A stretch of DNA of 63,803 nt, filler included, from Sluysia triapertura (GCA_046118255.1; 5 parts of 5 records of this genome joined end to end with filler, not necessarily neighbours in it); one strand, 5' to 3'. Numbered from the whole stretch's first letter, positions 1 to 12,113 are shown. Notes: generated by a model from the letters alone, not told the origin. Numbers and translations are program-made.

Positions 1-207
1 CATATCTGCAATCATCTTCATGTTCTGCTTGGTTTTCTTCGACTAAAATTTCTGCAACATGCTTAACATCATATCTGCAATCGTCTTCACGTTCTGCTTG
101 GCTTTCTTCATCTGAATTTTCAACAACATACTTGACATCATATCTGCAATCATCTTCATGTTCTGCATGGTTTTCTTCGATTAAAATTTCTGCAACATAC
201 TTGCCAT
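1..207. repeat. 69-bp tandem repeat, 3 copies visible
   Basis: Units start with catatctgcaatc at 1, 70 and 139. The unit length is a multiple of 3 and there are no indels. Confidence 0.95.
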
Positions 208-350
208 CTAGTAATGTAACACGGCCGGTTCCTGGTTTACTCCATCCTGAAATTTTGGTCCAAGTGTCAAAATTACGCGAGCAGACTATCGATGATCTCT
301 CACGATTTGACGCATTATTCTTTGCTTCCCCATGGTGATTCTGGGCTGGA
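1..350 (-). CDS. Partial or pseudogenic orphan ORF with 23-aa acidic repeats, running off the left edge
   Basis: The minus frame is open from 350 to the edge: SSPESPWEAK...GRVTLLDGKYVAEILIEENHAEHEDDCRYDVKYVVENSDEESQAEREDDCRYDVKHVAEILVEENQAEHEDDCRY. The same frame upstream has two stops. It is absent from the ORF track because it is not closed. Confidence 0.45.
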
Positions 351-660
351 TCAATAATCGACATTGCCAATCGCAGCGGTTGATAATATTGAAAATGTTT
401 TATATTTTTACCAGCGTTCGTATATTTCTTGTTTCTCTGTATGACTTATTTGAAGTCTAACCAATTTTATTCGTAATTACTCTGCTGTTTAATAGTTACT
501 GAACTTTGTTAAATTTTTTCTGGCTTGTATTAATTATTTGTTTTTTTAAAAAGGCCGCCAAGCTTGTTATTTTTTAATCTCTTTGTGTGTCTGCTTTTCT
601 AATGTTCGCTTGCTTTGTTTTGTTTGCTGTTTTTCATTATGGCTGGATAATTTTTTAATT

Positions 661-736
661 GCCAATTATTTTTTGTCATTCTCTTTTTTGATTGGCTTAA
701 ATTTTTAGTTATTATTTTTTCCAATATGACTGTCGA
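661..736 (-). promoter_or_regulatory. Degenerate upstream module (inverted CCAAT pair plus a TCGACAGT half site)
   Basis: gccaat (661) ... attggc (696) and actgtcga (729-736). It resembles the modules at 12305, 36011, 47630 and 53947. Confidence 0.3.
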
Positions 737-772
737 TTTGATATAGATTACTGGGTGTTACGTAATCTACTT

Positions 773-1705
773 TGTGATGGCGTTATGTAATAATAAAAGT
801 CCAAATAATAAAAATAGATATTTAAAATGATGCGTAATAATAATAATAATAATAATAGTTAATAATAAGAGAAAATGATAATAATAATAACAGTAATACT
901 TAGTAATAATAAAATGATAATAATAATAATAAATAAAAGAGGTACTAATAAAATTTAAACTGGAGTGTATAATAATAAATGTTAGCGGATAGTAATAATG
1001 ATAATGCATAAATCTTTGTCTTTATCCTAAAATACAAGATCTGTTCTGTCTTTGAATTCTTTTCTTCTAACATATTTAGTATTATAAAATGGAGATGAAG
1101 ATGATGTGATAATAAGGATGAAAGTGTAGAATGAGTTTATTGGAATTTTATTGAAAAAGGTTTATGGTTGAGAGTAAGATCTATGCGTTAGGTGAGAACT
1201 GTTTATTGGGAAGATTGACGTTAATTTGATTTTATAATGTTTGTTGCGAAATAATTTTATATATGTTATGATTAAGGGTGATGAGTATGTTTGTGTAAGG
1301 TGGATTTTTGAATGTTATTATTGCTTGGAATTGAGTAGAGTAGTGTTATTTCTGAAATGGTTATGAGTATGATTTGGAAATTCATGTGTTTATGATTTAT
1401 GGGGTTTGTGTGATGGTTCTGAATTGTTTGGTGGAGTGTTTGATGAGTTGATGTTGTGAGTCTTGATAAGGTGTTTAGTGAGTGAGTGGTTTGAGTTGTT
1501 AGAATGAATGTAAGAGTTTATTGAGTGGGCAATGTTCAGATGTGATTTAGTTTATTGTGAAAAATAGTTTGGTGAAGTGTTAAAGGTTATATTTTATTGT
1601 TTGTGAATGAGTTGAGTGTGTTTTATGTTTGAAGTGTGTGATGAGTGGTGTTGTTTTATGTGATGAATTTTTATTTTGTTATTAAGTTAGGGGTTGGCCA
1701 CTACA
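773..1705 (-). mobile_element. Solo-LTR-like element of the TGTNGTGGNCAACC family
   Basis: Ends are TGTGATGGC...GCCACTACA (imperfect inverted termini, TG...CA). Flanks ctactt/ttactt are a possible TSD. There is strong C/A versus G/T strand skew. Confidence 0.6.
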
Positions 1706-1789
1706 TTACTTATCAGATATTATTATTATTTTCAATTACTTATTATTGTTATCAGATAATTTCACTATCTATATTTAATATTAATGTTA

Positions 1790-2015
1790 ACTAATATTGA
1801 AATTATTTACTAATATTAATGCATAACTGCATATTGAAATTATTTTTACTCTTATATTGAATTCTACATAGTGAAATTATTTTTACTGTCTACATATGGA
1901 AATTATTTATTTGTACTGTTAATACTATTGAATTTATTATCTGGATTTAATTTAATATACATTGAGAATTATTATCTGGATTTAATTTAATAATTTGTAT
2001 ACATTGAGAATTATT
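1790..2015. repeat. Degenerate AT-rich minisatellite
   Basis: Repeated atattgaaattatttt(t)act units and a duplicated attatctggatttaatttaata / tacattgagaattatt. Confidence 0.6.
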
Positions 2016-4141
2016 CATTTCACTATAAAAGGAAATAAAAAATTGTAAAAAACACTCAACAATAAAAGATTTCACGCCATCGAAAGAAAGAAGTTTTAAA
2101 CGATTATATCGAAACATTATACGACAATTAATTCGAGATTTTATTGAATTGATATATTCGAAAAATTGATTGAACGATTTAATTTGTGTAATTTTGCAGA
2201 CAATCCGAGATTTTATCCGTAAGTAATTTTTATTGCCTATCATAAATTTAAATAATCTAAAATTATTCTTAGACAATATTGTATAATTTTTACATTTTGT
2301 GTTAATTTATAAATAAATTGTGTAGTTATTATTTTATTTTGCTCAATTGTTAATTAATCTTAACTAAGAGTGGGACTATAAGAGAGGAAGAAAAAATAAA
2401 CAAATACATAAGATATTACGTTAGAAATTTGAATACTAAGTCTAAACGATTATAATTGAATTTATCGGAATAATTAAATTGAGATTTAAGTATTAATAAA
2501 CCTATTATTATTATCAAACTATTAAGCACTTCTATCCTGAACAGCAAGGACGAGTATATCGACTCATATCTCCAGTTAAGTTTAATATAAAATAATAATA
2601 TTAATTGAAGTTCAAAATAACTATAAATTTTATAGATATTTGAATTAATAATATAGAGTAAGAACTTTTATAGTATAAAATAATATTCGGTCACATTTGA
2701 ACTTCATACAGATTTAAAGAGACAAAAGCTAAATTTCAAAGACTTAGAAGAAATCAAGACAAATTTTTACATTAAACTAACACTTAAACAATAAAAAATT
2801 ATTAAATATGCATAAAACAAAGTAAATATATTAACAAAAGAATCTTTTAGTGAAGTTTTTCGAGTGAAATTTAGTTGGAAATTTCTTGGATATCTTTGCT
2901 ATAAACATCACTACCATATCCAGGCATAAAATTAATTTTCATGCATGCATTAATATAATATTCAATATTTTTGATGATTTTCAATAAAATACAATTTTAT
3001 TCCATTTTAATTTTATTAGAATTCTGATTTTAAACATCTGGTTATTAACACAAATGAATTGACGATTATTGGAACTATGTCCAAGATTATAGAACACCCG
3101 GAAAGATAAGCTCTGGATGTTTGACCTGTATCCAGATTTTACAATATCCATTTTTGATTTGGCACTATCCAAAAAGCTTTTTTGTATGTGTTGTAATAGG
3201 ATATTGTTCAATATGTTGAAATTTTTTCTTTTTGAAATATTTTTCAAAATTTTGAATACTGAGTGCAAAGGATTCACTAAAACCACTAGTCTCTCTTCTA
3301 AGCTGCAATAAACGAATTTTGTTGGAGAAATCTCATCAACAATTTCTGTATTTCGACATATTTATTTCAAATAAAACTTTATTTGTATTTTATGAAAATG
3401 TATCAAGAGGTGGCTTGATTTTTTTATATTGAGTTATCAAATATTAAAAATAATTTTTAATATACTTTTAAAATATATTTTTAAAAATATTTATGATTTT
3501 GCTGTTACAATCAGTTCCGTGTTTATTACTTTTGAAAACTTTAAAAATTTCTTTTTAAAAGTGTTCCATTTTACAAACTGTGGTTCAAAATTATAAACAT
3601 TTTCAATTTATATTTGGTTGACATAGATAAAGTAGATGAAATATAGAATAATAATATTGCTTATGGCCAATAGCTAATAAATTTTCCTCATAGCATTTGT
3701 AGTTTCTCCATATTATAATTATAAGATGTACTTTATTCACTTATATTCGCCTTGATAGTTAAAATTAATATTCGTTTTTAGCGAATTTTCCATGTTTTAG
3801 TGGCACCTACATCTGATCCATAGATGTTTTTGTGTAATGAAATATGACGAATTTCTTATTTACTTAAGTGTTTCTGAGAGCTTTACGGTGTATATTGAGG
3901 TTTTAAAAGACAAGTGATAATGCGTTTTTTGATATTGTGACGTAATTTTCCGTTATTTTCATTAATTTTTATATCATAATTTTAAAATCGTTGAAATGTT
4001 TCATTAATGTCATTAATTAAATGTTAAAATGTTGGTTTTAACATAGATATAATGCTTATACTAATTGTAATTTTAATGCTTAAACGAAATTACATTTTAT
4101 TTTAATTATTTATGATAAATAATATAATTTTAATATTTCAG

Positions 4142-4875
4142 AAATTTTTCATAAAAGTTGTTCGCATTTATTCTTTGGGTGGTCTTTCTTTTTTGATTTA
4201 TTATTTCAAAGTTCCAGAAAGGTTTTGGCCTGGTTTGTTATATCTTATTTTAATTGATCTAATTACTTTTCAGTGAATTTATTAACATTAGAATGCCAAT
4301 AACGTCAATTTTCATATTTCGATATTGGAACAATTTGACTATTTTCTTAAAGGAAATTTTACTTTCTATTGAATAAATAAAATTAATTGCTTTCATCATC
4401 AAATTACTAGATATAAATTGAAATATTGCCATGAACAAAATGTTATAATCAAATAATTCATTAAATAATTATTTTTTAAAAACCGAATTTGTATTAATTT
4501 ATTATAATTAATTTATCATTATAATATAGTTTCACTAGATTAATATCATACTAATTAATATTGCTATGTTTTCTCTAAAAATCTACCTGCAAATATAAAC
4601 TTAATATCTTACGGGTTCGCCCGAAATCTGTAATTTATATCCAGCGGAAGAGGGAGCTACAGGATTTGAATGATTGGAGAGTTTACATGTAAGTGATTAT
4701 CTTTACCTCATATGTCAAAAATGTATCTATTAGCCTTTTCTTATCTACTGACTATGATAATTACTTACACCATTTAGTGAATAAGAAATGAATACTCAAA
4801 TTTTATTAACAAGATGTAACAAAGGGTAATATACAAGTTTCACAATCAGTAATAAAATGAATTTCACAAGATATA

Positions 4876-4941
<66 letters not shown>

Positions 4942-5753
4942 TTAAAAATTAAGGATTTCCCTTAATTTCGAATTAATTTAAGAGATTTTAAGTTAGGAAT
5001 AAGTCTTGGCTGGAATATCAAAATATTTTGAGTCAGATATTAACCCTGAAATGACCATAGGGAGTGACCCATACGACTTCATGGAAAACTGATGTAAAGT
5101 GGTGAATTCTCCGAATTAGTTGATAACAAGAGTTAAAATATTCAATGTATGATTATCGCAGAGTAATCACGAATGAGTTGATATTTAGAATTTGAAGACG
5201 AATACCTTAGCTACAATTTTAGCAAGCATTACGTTATAAACAGCGATTTTTATATATTAGTGTTGTGTTTTAGATTTTTTGGATTATTTATATTAGATGT
5301 AATTAAAAATTTTATTATTATATTTGATGAGACAAATGAAAACATTTTATTAGTGCTTTATTGTTAATTATGAGTTGTTTATCAATAAAAATATTTTATT
5401 ACTCTAAAATTTAACTCTAAATTTATTATTAATTTATTACCATATTCATTGTTAATAAAAACATATTTCGTAAATTAAAGATTGATTATTACTAATAAAA
5501 AGATTTAATTTTTTTCAAAACTTCGTTATAGTTTATTTTCTTCACTTTCTCGTAAAATCTTTACACATTTACACCTTTACAATATTTTTAATTAATTTTA
5601 TAATCTTATTTAATGATTTATTTTTAAGGTAAATTTGATTATTTTGGTGCAAGTCATCAATTGTGGCATTTATTAATATTAGTTTGTTTTTATGATTGGA
5701 GAAAAAGTGGTCTTGAATTTATGACGCAAATGTTAAATCATCCATGTCATTAG
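4142..5753 (+). CDS. PAQR3: PAQR3-like progestin/adipoQ receptor, last two exons (4142-4232 and 5629-5753)
   Basis: Spliced translation: KFFIKVVRIYSLGGLSFLIYYFKVPERFWPG|KFDYFGASHQLWHLLILVCFYDWRKSGLEFMTQMLNHPCH*. It contains the PAQR PER..PG and SHQ.WH motifs and a GT-AG phase-1 intron at 4233-5628. I did not recognise upstream exons. Confidence 0.85.
4876..4941. repeat. (AAT)n microsatellite inside a repeat-derived insertion in the PAQR intron
   Basis: Direct run of aat. Confidence 0.95.
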
Positions 5754-5975
5754 TGATTTATTTTATTCTTTGTTAGAAAATTAGGCTTAATGAAATATTA
5801 ACAATATTGTTATAAAATAGTAGTTTTTATTTCTAACACGCTATTTTGATATTTCTTGTTTTACATATTTTAGAATAATTGGTTGCTTAGCAGAATGTAG
5901 AGTAAATTATTTTTTATTATTGGTAACTTTTCTTGTGCGTAAAGTTTATTTTATTTTATTTTGAAAATTTGTATA

Positions 5976-6439
5976 TGTAACGTTATTGATTTTAAAATTT
6001 CGTATACAATTTTCAGAAGATATTCGTAGACCAAAACTTTGCTATTTAAAATTAAAAAAATAATTTTATACTACTTTAAAACTTTATTAATATGTAAAAT
6101 AAAAATGAAAATGTACAAAATATATCTATTTTGACGGGAATGCCCAACCGTTGAATAAGATCTAGTAAAAAATACGGAATTAGAAAATGTAAGAAGAATT
6201 AATACAAAGTGATGGATAGAACATTGTAAACATTGTTGGAATGAGAAAGATTAAGATAGAATGTCTATAGTAATGTTGAGATCTGAAGAATACCTTGGAG
6301 TTCCAGAGACATTGAGGCAGTGCGGAGACTAGTTGGGTTTGAAAAACCTCTAGAGGCATAAAGGTATGGTTATTATTTGAGACATTTAAGTGTCGGTGTT
6401 TTTGGAAAACGCCTTACGCGGCTTGAATATCACCTTACA
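5976..6439. mobile_element. LTR-like segment
   Basis: TGTAACG...CCTTACA termini. It shares gttgggtttg with the repeat at 29660-29710. No clear TSD, PBS or PPT. Confidence 0.3.
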
Positions 6440-6899
6440 AAATAAATTGATTATGTACATGAGTACACCTTCGCTCCTAATCATACGGGTTATGGCTAGT
6501 CCGTAGGATTATGAAATATTAAGAATATAGAATAAATTGTTGAAGGTCACTTACGAAATGCAATTACGTTTATTAAAATATCGAGTTAATGTTAAATGAA
6601 ATTTTAATGAGGAGCCTTAAAATGGTAAATATTAAATTAGGACAACTTTTGATTCGAAATCCGCTTCAGAGCGAGGTCAAATTAGTTCAAACCTTAAGAT
6701 CTTGTACAATTCAGTTTCCGCTGGATAGCAAGTTTAAGTATAAATTTGATTTGATTTGGGTTCGTTGTAAATAGAACCTGTAACAAAATAAGATTTTAAA
6801 TATAAATTAACTAGTGTTACTGATGTAATTGGAAATTAAAGTTAAAATTCAAAATGGATTTAAGGTCCTTACGATTATTGAAATGAAATGTGTTTATTT

Positions 6900-7740
6900 T
6901 ACAAAAGATTTTAAAGTTTTTAGCTATTGTTTCAGCTCTCTGATTTGGAATGGCTTTTATTTCGGGCCATCTGGTAAAATAGAAAATAACAGAATACATG
7001 TAGTTTCTGGTAGCGGTTCTAAGATATTCACCGCTATTATTTCCATAGGAGCTGCTGGATGATCTATTGTTTTAATAATACCTTCATCGCTTTGCACAAA
7101 TTTAACATTCAAAACACATTTTTTAAACATTTTGATTTAGATTTTTCCAAAAATAATTTCGCATAATAGCTTAAATTCTTTTTCGCTGATAAGTGATCAC
7201 CCATTACACCATTATGACTTGTTTAATGACTCTTTTAAGACTTGTTCTCTTAAACTTGTTAGTAATACTATTAACGGGTCTTTATTTAATGATTTATATT
7301 TTAAAATATCGTTCTGTATTACAAAATGTAATTGATTATTTTTATTTTTTGATGTCACTTTTGAAATCTTGTAATTATTTTTTTTCGTTCTTTCTTCTGT
7401 TCAACTACCAAATAAGTTTTATCATAGTGTTGGGGTAAAAAGGTCTAAAGTGCCATTTGGTAAAATTGACTATAATAAAATAAAATAGTTAGACGGGGCT
7501 GATAGCTCAGTGGTAGAGCATTCGAACTGCGCAGCGAATATCCCGGGTTCGATCCGCGGCCAGTCCATTTTATGAAGTCTAACAATGGTTATCCATTAAA
7601 ATTGTAGACATGTTTCACATTTTTCCATACGAGACAAAATCTGTATTAGCATTCGCTTTACCTTGTCGGTATTTAATTTCTATATTATATTCTTATAGTA
7701 ATAGTAACCAACGAATAATCTCGATGATGAGTTTTTGTTC
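6900..7740 (-). mobile_element. Decayed Gypsy pol (end of RNase H plus integrase), interrupted at 7428-7584
   Basis: The minus strand reads RWLLLL*EYNIEIKYRQGKANANTDF (RNase H C-terminus), then MGDHL, RNYFWKN, HPAAPMEIIAVNILEPLPET and FTRWPEIKAIPNQRAETIAK (integrase). A pre-RT-like piece, LNEFVDAFREE, lies at about 8220-8288. Confidence 0.8.
7428..7584 (+). mobile_element. 157-bp TG...CA element with an internal tRNA-derived sequence (copy 1)
   Basis: TGTTGGGG...GTCTAACA. The tRNA-like part at 7496-7567 has an A box (TAGCTCAGTGG), a B box (GGTTCGATCC) and a TTTT terminator. Flanks are atag/atgg, and the element splits a Gypsy pol. Confidence 0.8.
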
Positions 7741-8294
7741 AACCGACAGTTAATGCAATTAAGACCTATTACGCGTAATCAATTGCAAGTTATTAATCCA
7801 ATTACGAAATTACCTAAGAAGTTAAAAGCTTCGAAAAAATACACATAACCAAAAACAAGTTGCGTGAGAAACGAAATCATAATACAAAAATGTACAATGA
7901 AATGTCATTAAATGAAAACAAAGTGATAATAAGGTATAATGAGGAAAAAGAAATAAATCTTACTAATAAACAAATAATCAAAGAAACAAAATAAATAAAT
8001 CCAAAATAAGTAGTGAGCGAAGCGGTGAAAAAAGTCCAGAATAACCGAAGTAAAATGAACAAGAAGAAAACCTTCATCTTTTGGACAAAACGTAATGAGG
8101 ATGATATTGAAGTTATGACGGAAACCATAGCACTGGAATAACCTACTGATCCAATCGATTTACTACCCATAATAAAAGATAAAGAACCATGGCTTTTGTA
8201 TTCTAGTGTTTAACATTTTAGCATAATATTTTCCAATGTCATCAAGTGCTATTTCTTCTCTGAATGCGTCAACAAATTCATTCAAAGTCTGTTT

Positions 8295-9600
8295 AATAAT
8301 AATAATAATATATTAATTTATATTGCACTCATATCTACTGCGGAAGTACTCAAACGCGCTTAAGGTAAATCATTCACCATAATATTTCTGAAACAGAAAG
8401 AACTTTGTTTTTTTCTTAAATATTTTATAATCTTCTAGTATTAAATTCTCAATCGACTGTTTGATGGCAACACAAACAAAGTTATTCTGTCAAAAAATCG
8501 TACTACTACGTCAACGGCCAGTAATGCGTTAAGCTTGAATATTAAGAATGCTTTACATAAATTTACGAGCAATTAAGTAGTGATCATTTATGTTAATTAG
8601 TTAAAGTATCAAACTCAAATTTGACTAAAGCTAAAAATAATCAATATGTATAAAATATTATTTCAGTAATATATTGAATATATCCATAATTTAAGAAGTT
8701 CATAATAGTTGATGAAGATATTTTTTTCGTTTCACCGCAACTTCCAAATAAAGTAAACTGCAGCTGGCTCTGCAGAATTCCTCATGACTTGAAGCATAAT
8801 CATTGAACGACTAACATTTCCTGGAGTTTGTATGTTCTAGTTAAATGAGCTATGATTGGTTGGCATACAATGAAATACTGCTTTGTTTGTTTTTTATCTT
8901 TCATAACAATTCGATCCAAAAAAAGATTCAAATTTCGGTATATTTCTAAGAAGTTTTAAATGATTTAAGTAAGTTGAATGATTATTTCCATGAAACTTTA
9001 AGATTCAATTTAAAAAATGCTATCAGAGCATCATTTTCCAGTTCTGAATATATTCCGTATTTCCTGAATGACGTAATTCAACTCTTCTAGATATAGCTTT
9101 TAAACCACCGTTATACTCTGAAACAATGCATTGTTTAATGAGAAACATTAATAATAATAATAATAAATTTAAATCTACGCTTGTGAATATTTAAGCAATA
9201 TTTTGTTAAAATTGAGCCATTCTTTCCAACTGTGTTTGAATTAGTATTACTTACGTTGAACCTGACTGTATTATTAAAGATGAGTTTCGAGTTTTTGTAC
9301 ATGCCCTCAATACAAGAAGATCGTAGACTTTAGATGACATTATTGCATCATTTTGTATCCTATTGAACGACAAATTTTTTTGTCAATTTTGGCTCGGTTA
9401 TTTGATTTAACAAATTTTTTCGAATTTTATTATCAAAAATTACACAATACTTTTCAGCATTTAAATCTATTTTAGTAAACATTAGTCTAATTATTCTTAA
9501 GTTTTCTATGGTCATTTTAAATAAGGTCATGTTAACTGTGTACTCTAAACAACTCGTAAAACATCAATTTTTTTAAAATCATACACATATTAAAAGAATT
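8295..9600 (-). mobile_element. Internally deleted LINE remnant with (ATT)n tail
   Basis: APE-endonuclease-like HIDYF and INDHYLIA motifs at about 8570-8655. The 3' end YKIFKKKTKFFLFQKYY is homologous to 61245-61305. The tail is at 8295-8310. The 5' boundary is uncertain. Confidence 0.5.
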
Positions 9601-9619
9601 ACAATAAATTGTTATTTAA

Positions 9620-9676
<57 letters not shown>
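9620..9676. repeat. (ATT)n microsatellite
   Basis: Direct run. Similar runs lie at about 10297-10335, 21740-21797 and 38305-38340. Confidence 0.95.
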
Positions 9677-10297
9677 GTTTATTCTCTTTTTGTTTTACAT
9701 CTATGTAGTTTAAAATATTATTAACCCTATTATACGTCTTTTGCCTCTATACTTTTATTGCAGAGATAAACCCATCGATATTTATTTTTGCTATTAAGTA
9801 ACTTGTATAAACTATTAAGCAAATAATGTTTCAAATACATACTTTAGTTTATTTTTATTCTGTCAATTTGTTTGTTTGTCTTATTATTGTTTATTTTTAC
9901 AGTCATACTAACTTTCAAATAAATTTTTAAAATTTATTTAAATGAATTATTATTGAAACTTAATTGTTTATACTAAACTTTTGTCTCTTGTGGTCCATTT
10001 AAACAAAAAAAATGATCAAGTAATTCTTACATTTGATGTTACATATTAACCACAAAATCGCACTGAAAGACATTTTGAGAAAATTAATTTTAAAGGGTTT
10101 TTTATTCACGCTAAGTTACAATATTATTATTTTTATTCTGATTTTGTATTTATTTTCTTTTGATTTTTTATGAAATGTTTAAATAAATTTTAAAAAATAT
10201 AAAACGATTGTTTTGAATCTGATCTTAGATGTGAGTATATTTTGGAAATTTAAAACTGAAGGATTTGCGTCCTATTAAAATACTTGAATTTACATTG

Positions 10298-10336
<39 letters not shown>

Positions 10337-12013
10337 TAAATATTGTTGTTTTAAAAATATTTTAATTTTATTTCGAAATACTATATTACTATATTACTTA
10401 AATTACATATTAAACACAATGATTTCTATATTAATTTTGATAATTTTAATAATTATGATGATGTAGAAAGTAATATAAGAAATCATAATAATTTTTATAA
10501 TTATAATTTATAGTAATATTTGTAATCATAATTTAATATAATAATATTTATTAACATTCTATGCCATGATTATTTATTTATTTATTTAAATTCATGAAAT
10601 TTAATAATTATGTTAAATAAATTTATAAATTTAATAGTACATAAATAAAATAATGAATTATAGATATTGTGGTAATTCAATTCTTCATCTGCGATTACAT
10701 TACTTCAATAACATCAAACATGTACACAAAATTCCACCTTCAACACAAATCAACACATACTTCACATATATCATCAAGTTACGAAACACTATCTCTTGAA
10801 GAAGTAAATTTATGAAATTCTAAATCAGTTCAGTTATCAGCATTGTCAGACTTTAACTCTTACAAACCATTGTAATTTACCTTTGTCATTACAATCAGAA
10901 ACATCGATAATAGAATACAACTCTATTTTTCAGAACAAGGATTGAAATACCTATATCAATACCTATATACGAGTACAATCTAAAATCACATATTTCTAGT
11001 ATAAATACAAAATTATTTATGTCGTATTCTTCTATTCTATTTTTCTATTCTTCTCTTTTATCAGTTTTATTTTATTTTTTATATGTTATAATTGTTTCTA
11101 TTCGATTTATGCGAGTTGTATCCCTAGATTTCATTTCTGCACGAGATGACAAGGACATTTGATACGCCATACTTGATAGGTTTTATTGATTCTATGATAT
11201 GGGTTTGTGTATTTCCGTTGTGTTTGTGCCACTATTTCAATACTGAAAGTGCGTCTTAGTTATAAAAGTGTCTTTATCTCTTTTTACAAATTTATTTCCC
11301 TGTACAAAAAGCAAATGCAAAACAAATTATGAAGGTCAGATAATAATTTTTGATTTAAACTCAACTTTACAAATATCTAGTTTTGCTAATAATTCATTAT
11401 ATATTGAGTTACTTTTTTAATAATATTTCAATTTCATGTACAGATTGAATTTTCAGTTTCAAAAAAAGACTATTTAGAGATTTTAGTTGTATACAATTTT
11501 TGTCATTTGTCTGATTATCCAAAATGCTAACTGCAAGCTTGATCCCTAAATTACTACCAATGTCCAAACCAATTGTATAATTTATTTGCAGAACTTTACT
11601 TTCACGTACAATACTTGTGATATTTTGACTGAGAAATATTATTTGAAGTCGAGGGTAAAAAAGAGAAAATAAATCACAAAATTAAAGTGCAGAAATAACA
11701 CGAAAGTCAAAGGTGATGAGGGTAAGAACGATGATGTCACAAAATTAGTATTAATGTTAGAATAATTAATTATTAATTAGAGTAAATTTTATTGTGAATT
11801 TTTTGTATTTTGTAATTTTATGATTTGAAATTTATATCATGTTACATGTTACATGTTTAATTTTGGGTATGAATTTGTTGCGTCTTTAAAACTTATGAAT
11901 TATTAAGACTCACTATTATTATCTTGATCGTTTTATGCCTTAATAATTTCAATAGATAGTATATCAAGTATAATTTTATCGTAATCTTATTTTATAGCTA
12001 TGTCAATAACTAT

Positions 12014-12113
12014 NNNNNNNNNNNNNNNNNNNNNNNNNNNNNNNNNNNNNNNNNNNNTTAATTAATTAANNNNNNNNNNNNNNNNNNNNNNNNNNNNNNN
12101 NNNNNNNNNNNNN
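12014..12113. other. Artificial contig-joining spacer
   Basis: N44-TTAATTAATTAA-N44, exactly 100 nt, with stops in all six frames. Confidence 0.97.

Noticed and set aside
767-1009. Short Ile/Tyr/His-rich ORFs (also 21733-21933 and most 60-100 aa ORFs)
   Set aside because: They are translations of (AAT)n or low-complexity repeat DNA, or antisense shadows of TE remnants.
2860-3420. Possible decayed host genes (also about 11100-11650, 33000-33520, 33960-34460 and 58740-59800)
   Set aside because: Composition is coding-like, but I found no recognisable motif or consistent frame.
7496-7567. Functional tRNA genes (also 16559-16629)
   Set aside because: The anticodon arm does not form a 5-bp stem with a 7-nt loop, the isotype is ambiguous (Ala/Cys/Gly-like), and the copies sit inside a shared repeat unit.
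12058-12069. TTAATTAATTAA as a biological motif
   Set aside because: It is always centred in a 100-nt N spacer, so it is an assembly linker.
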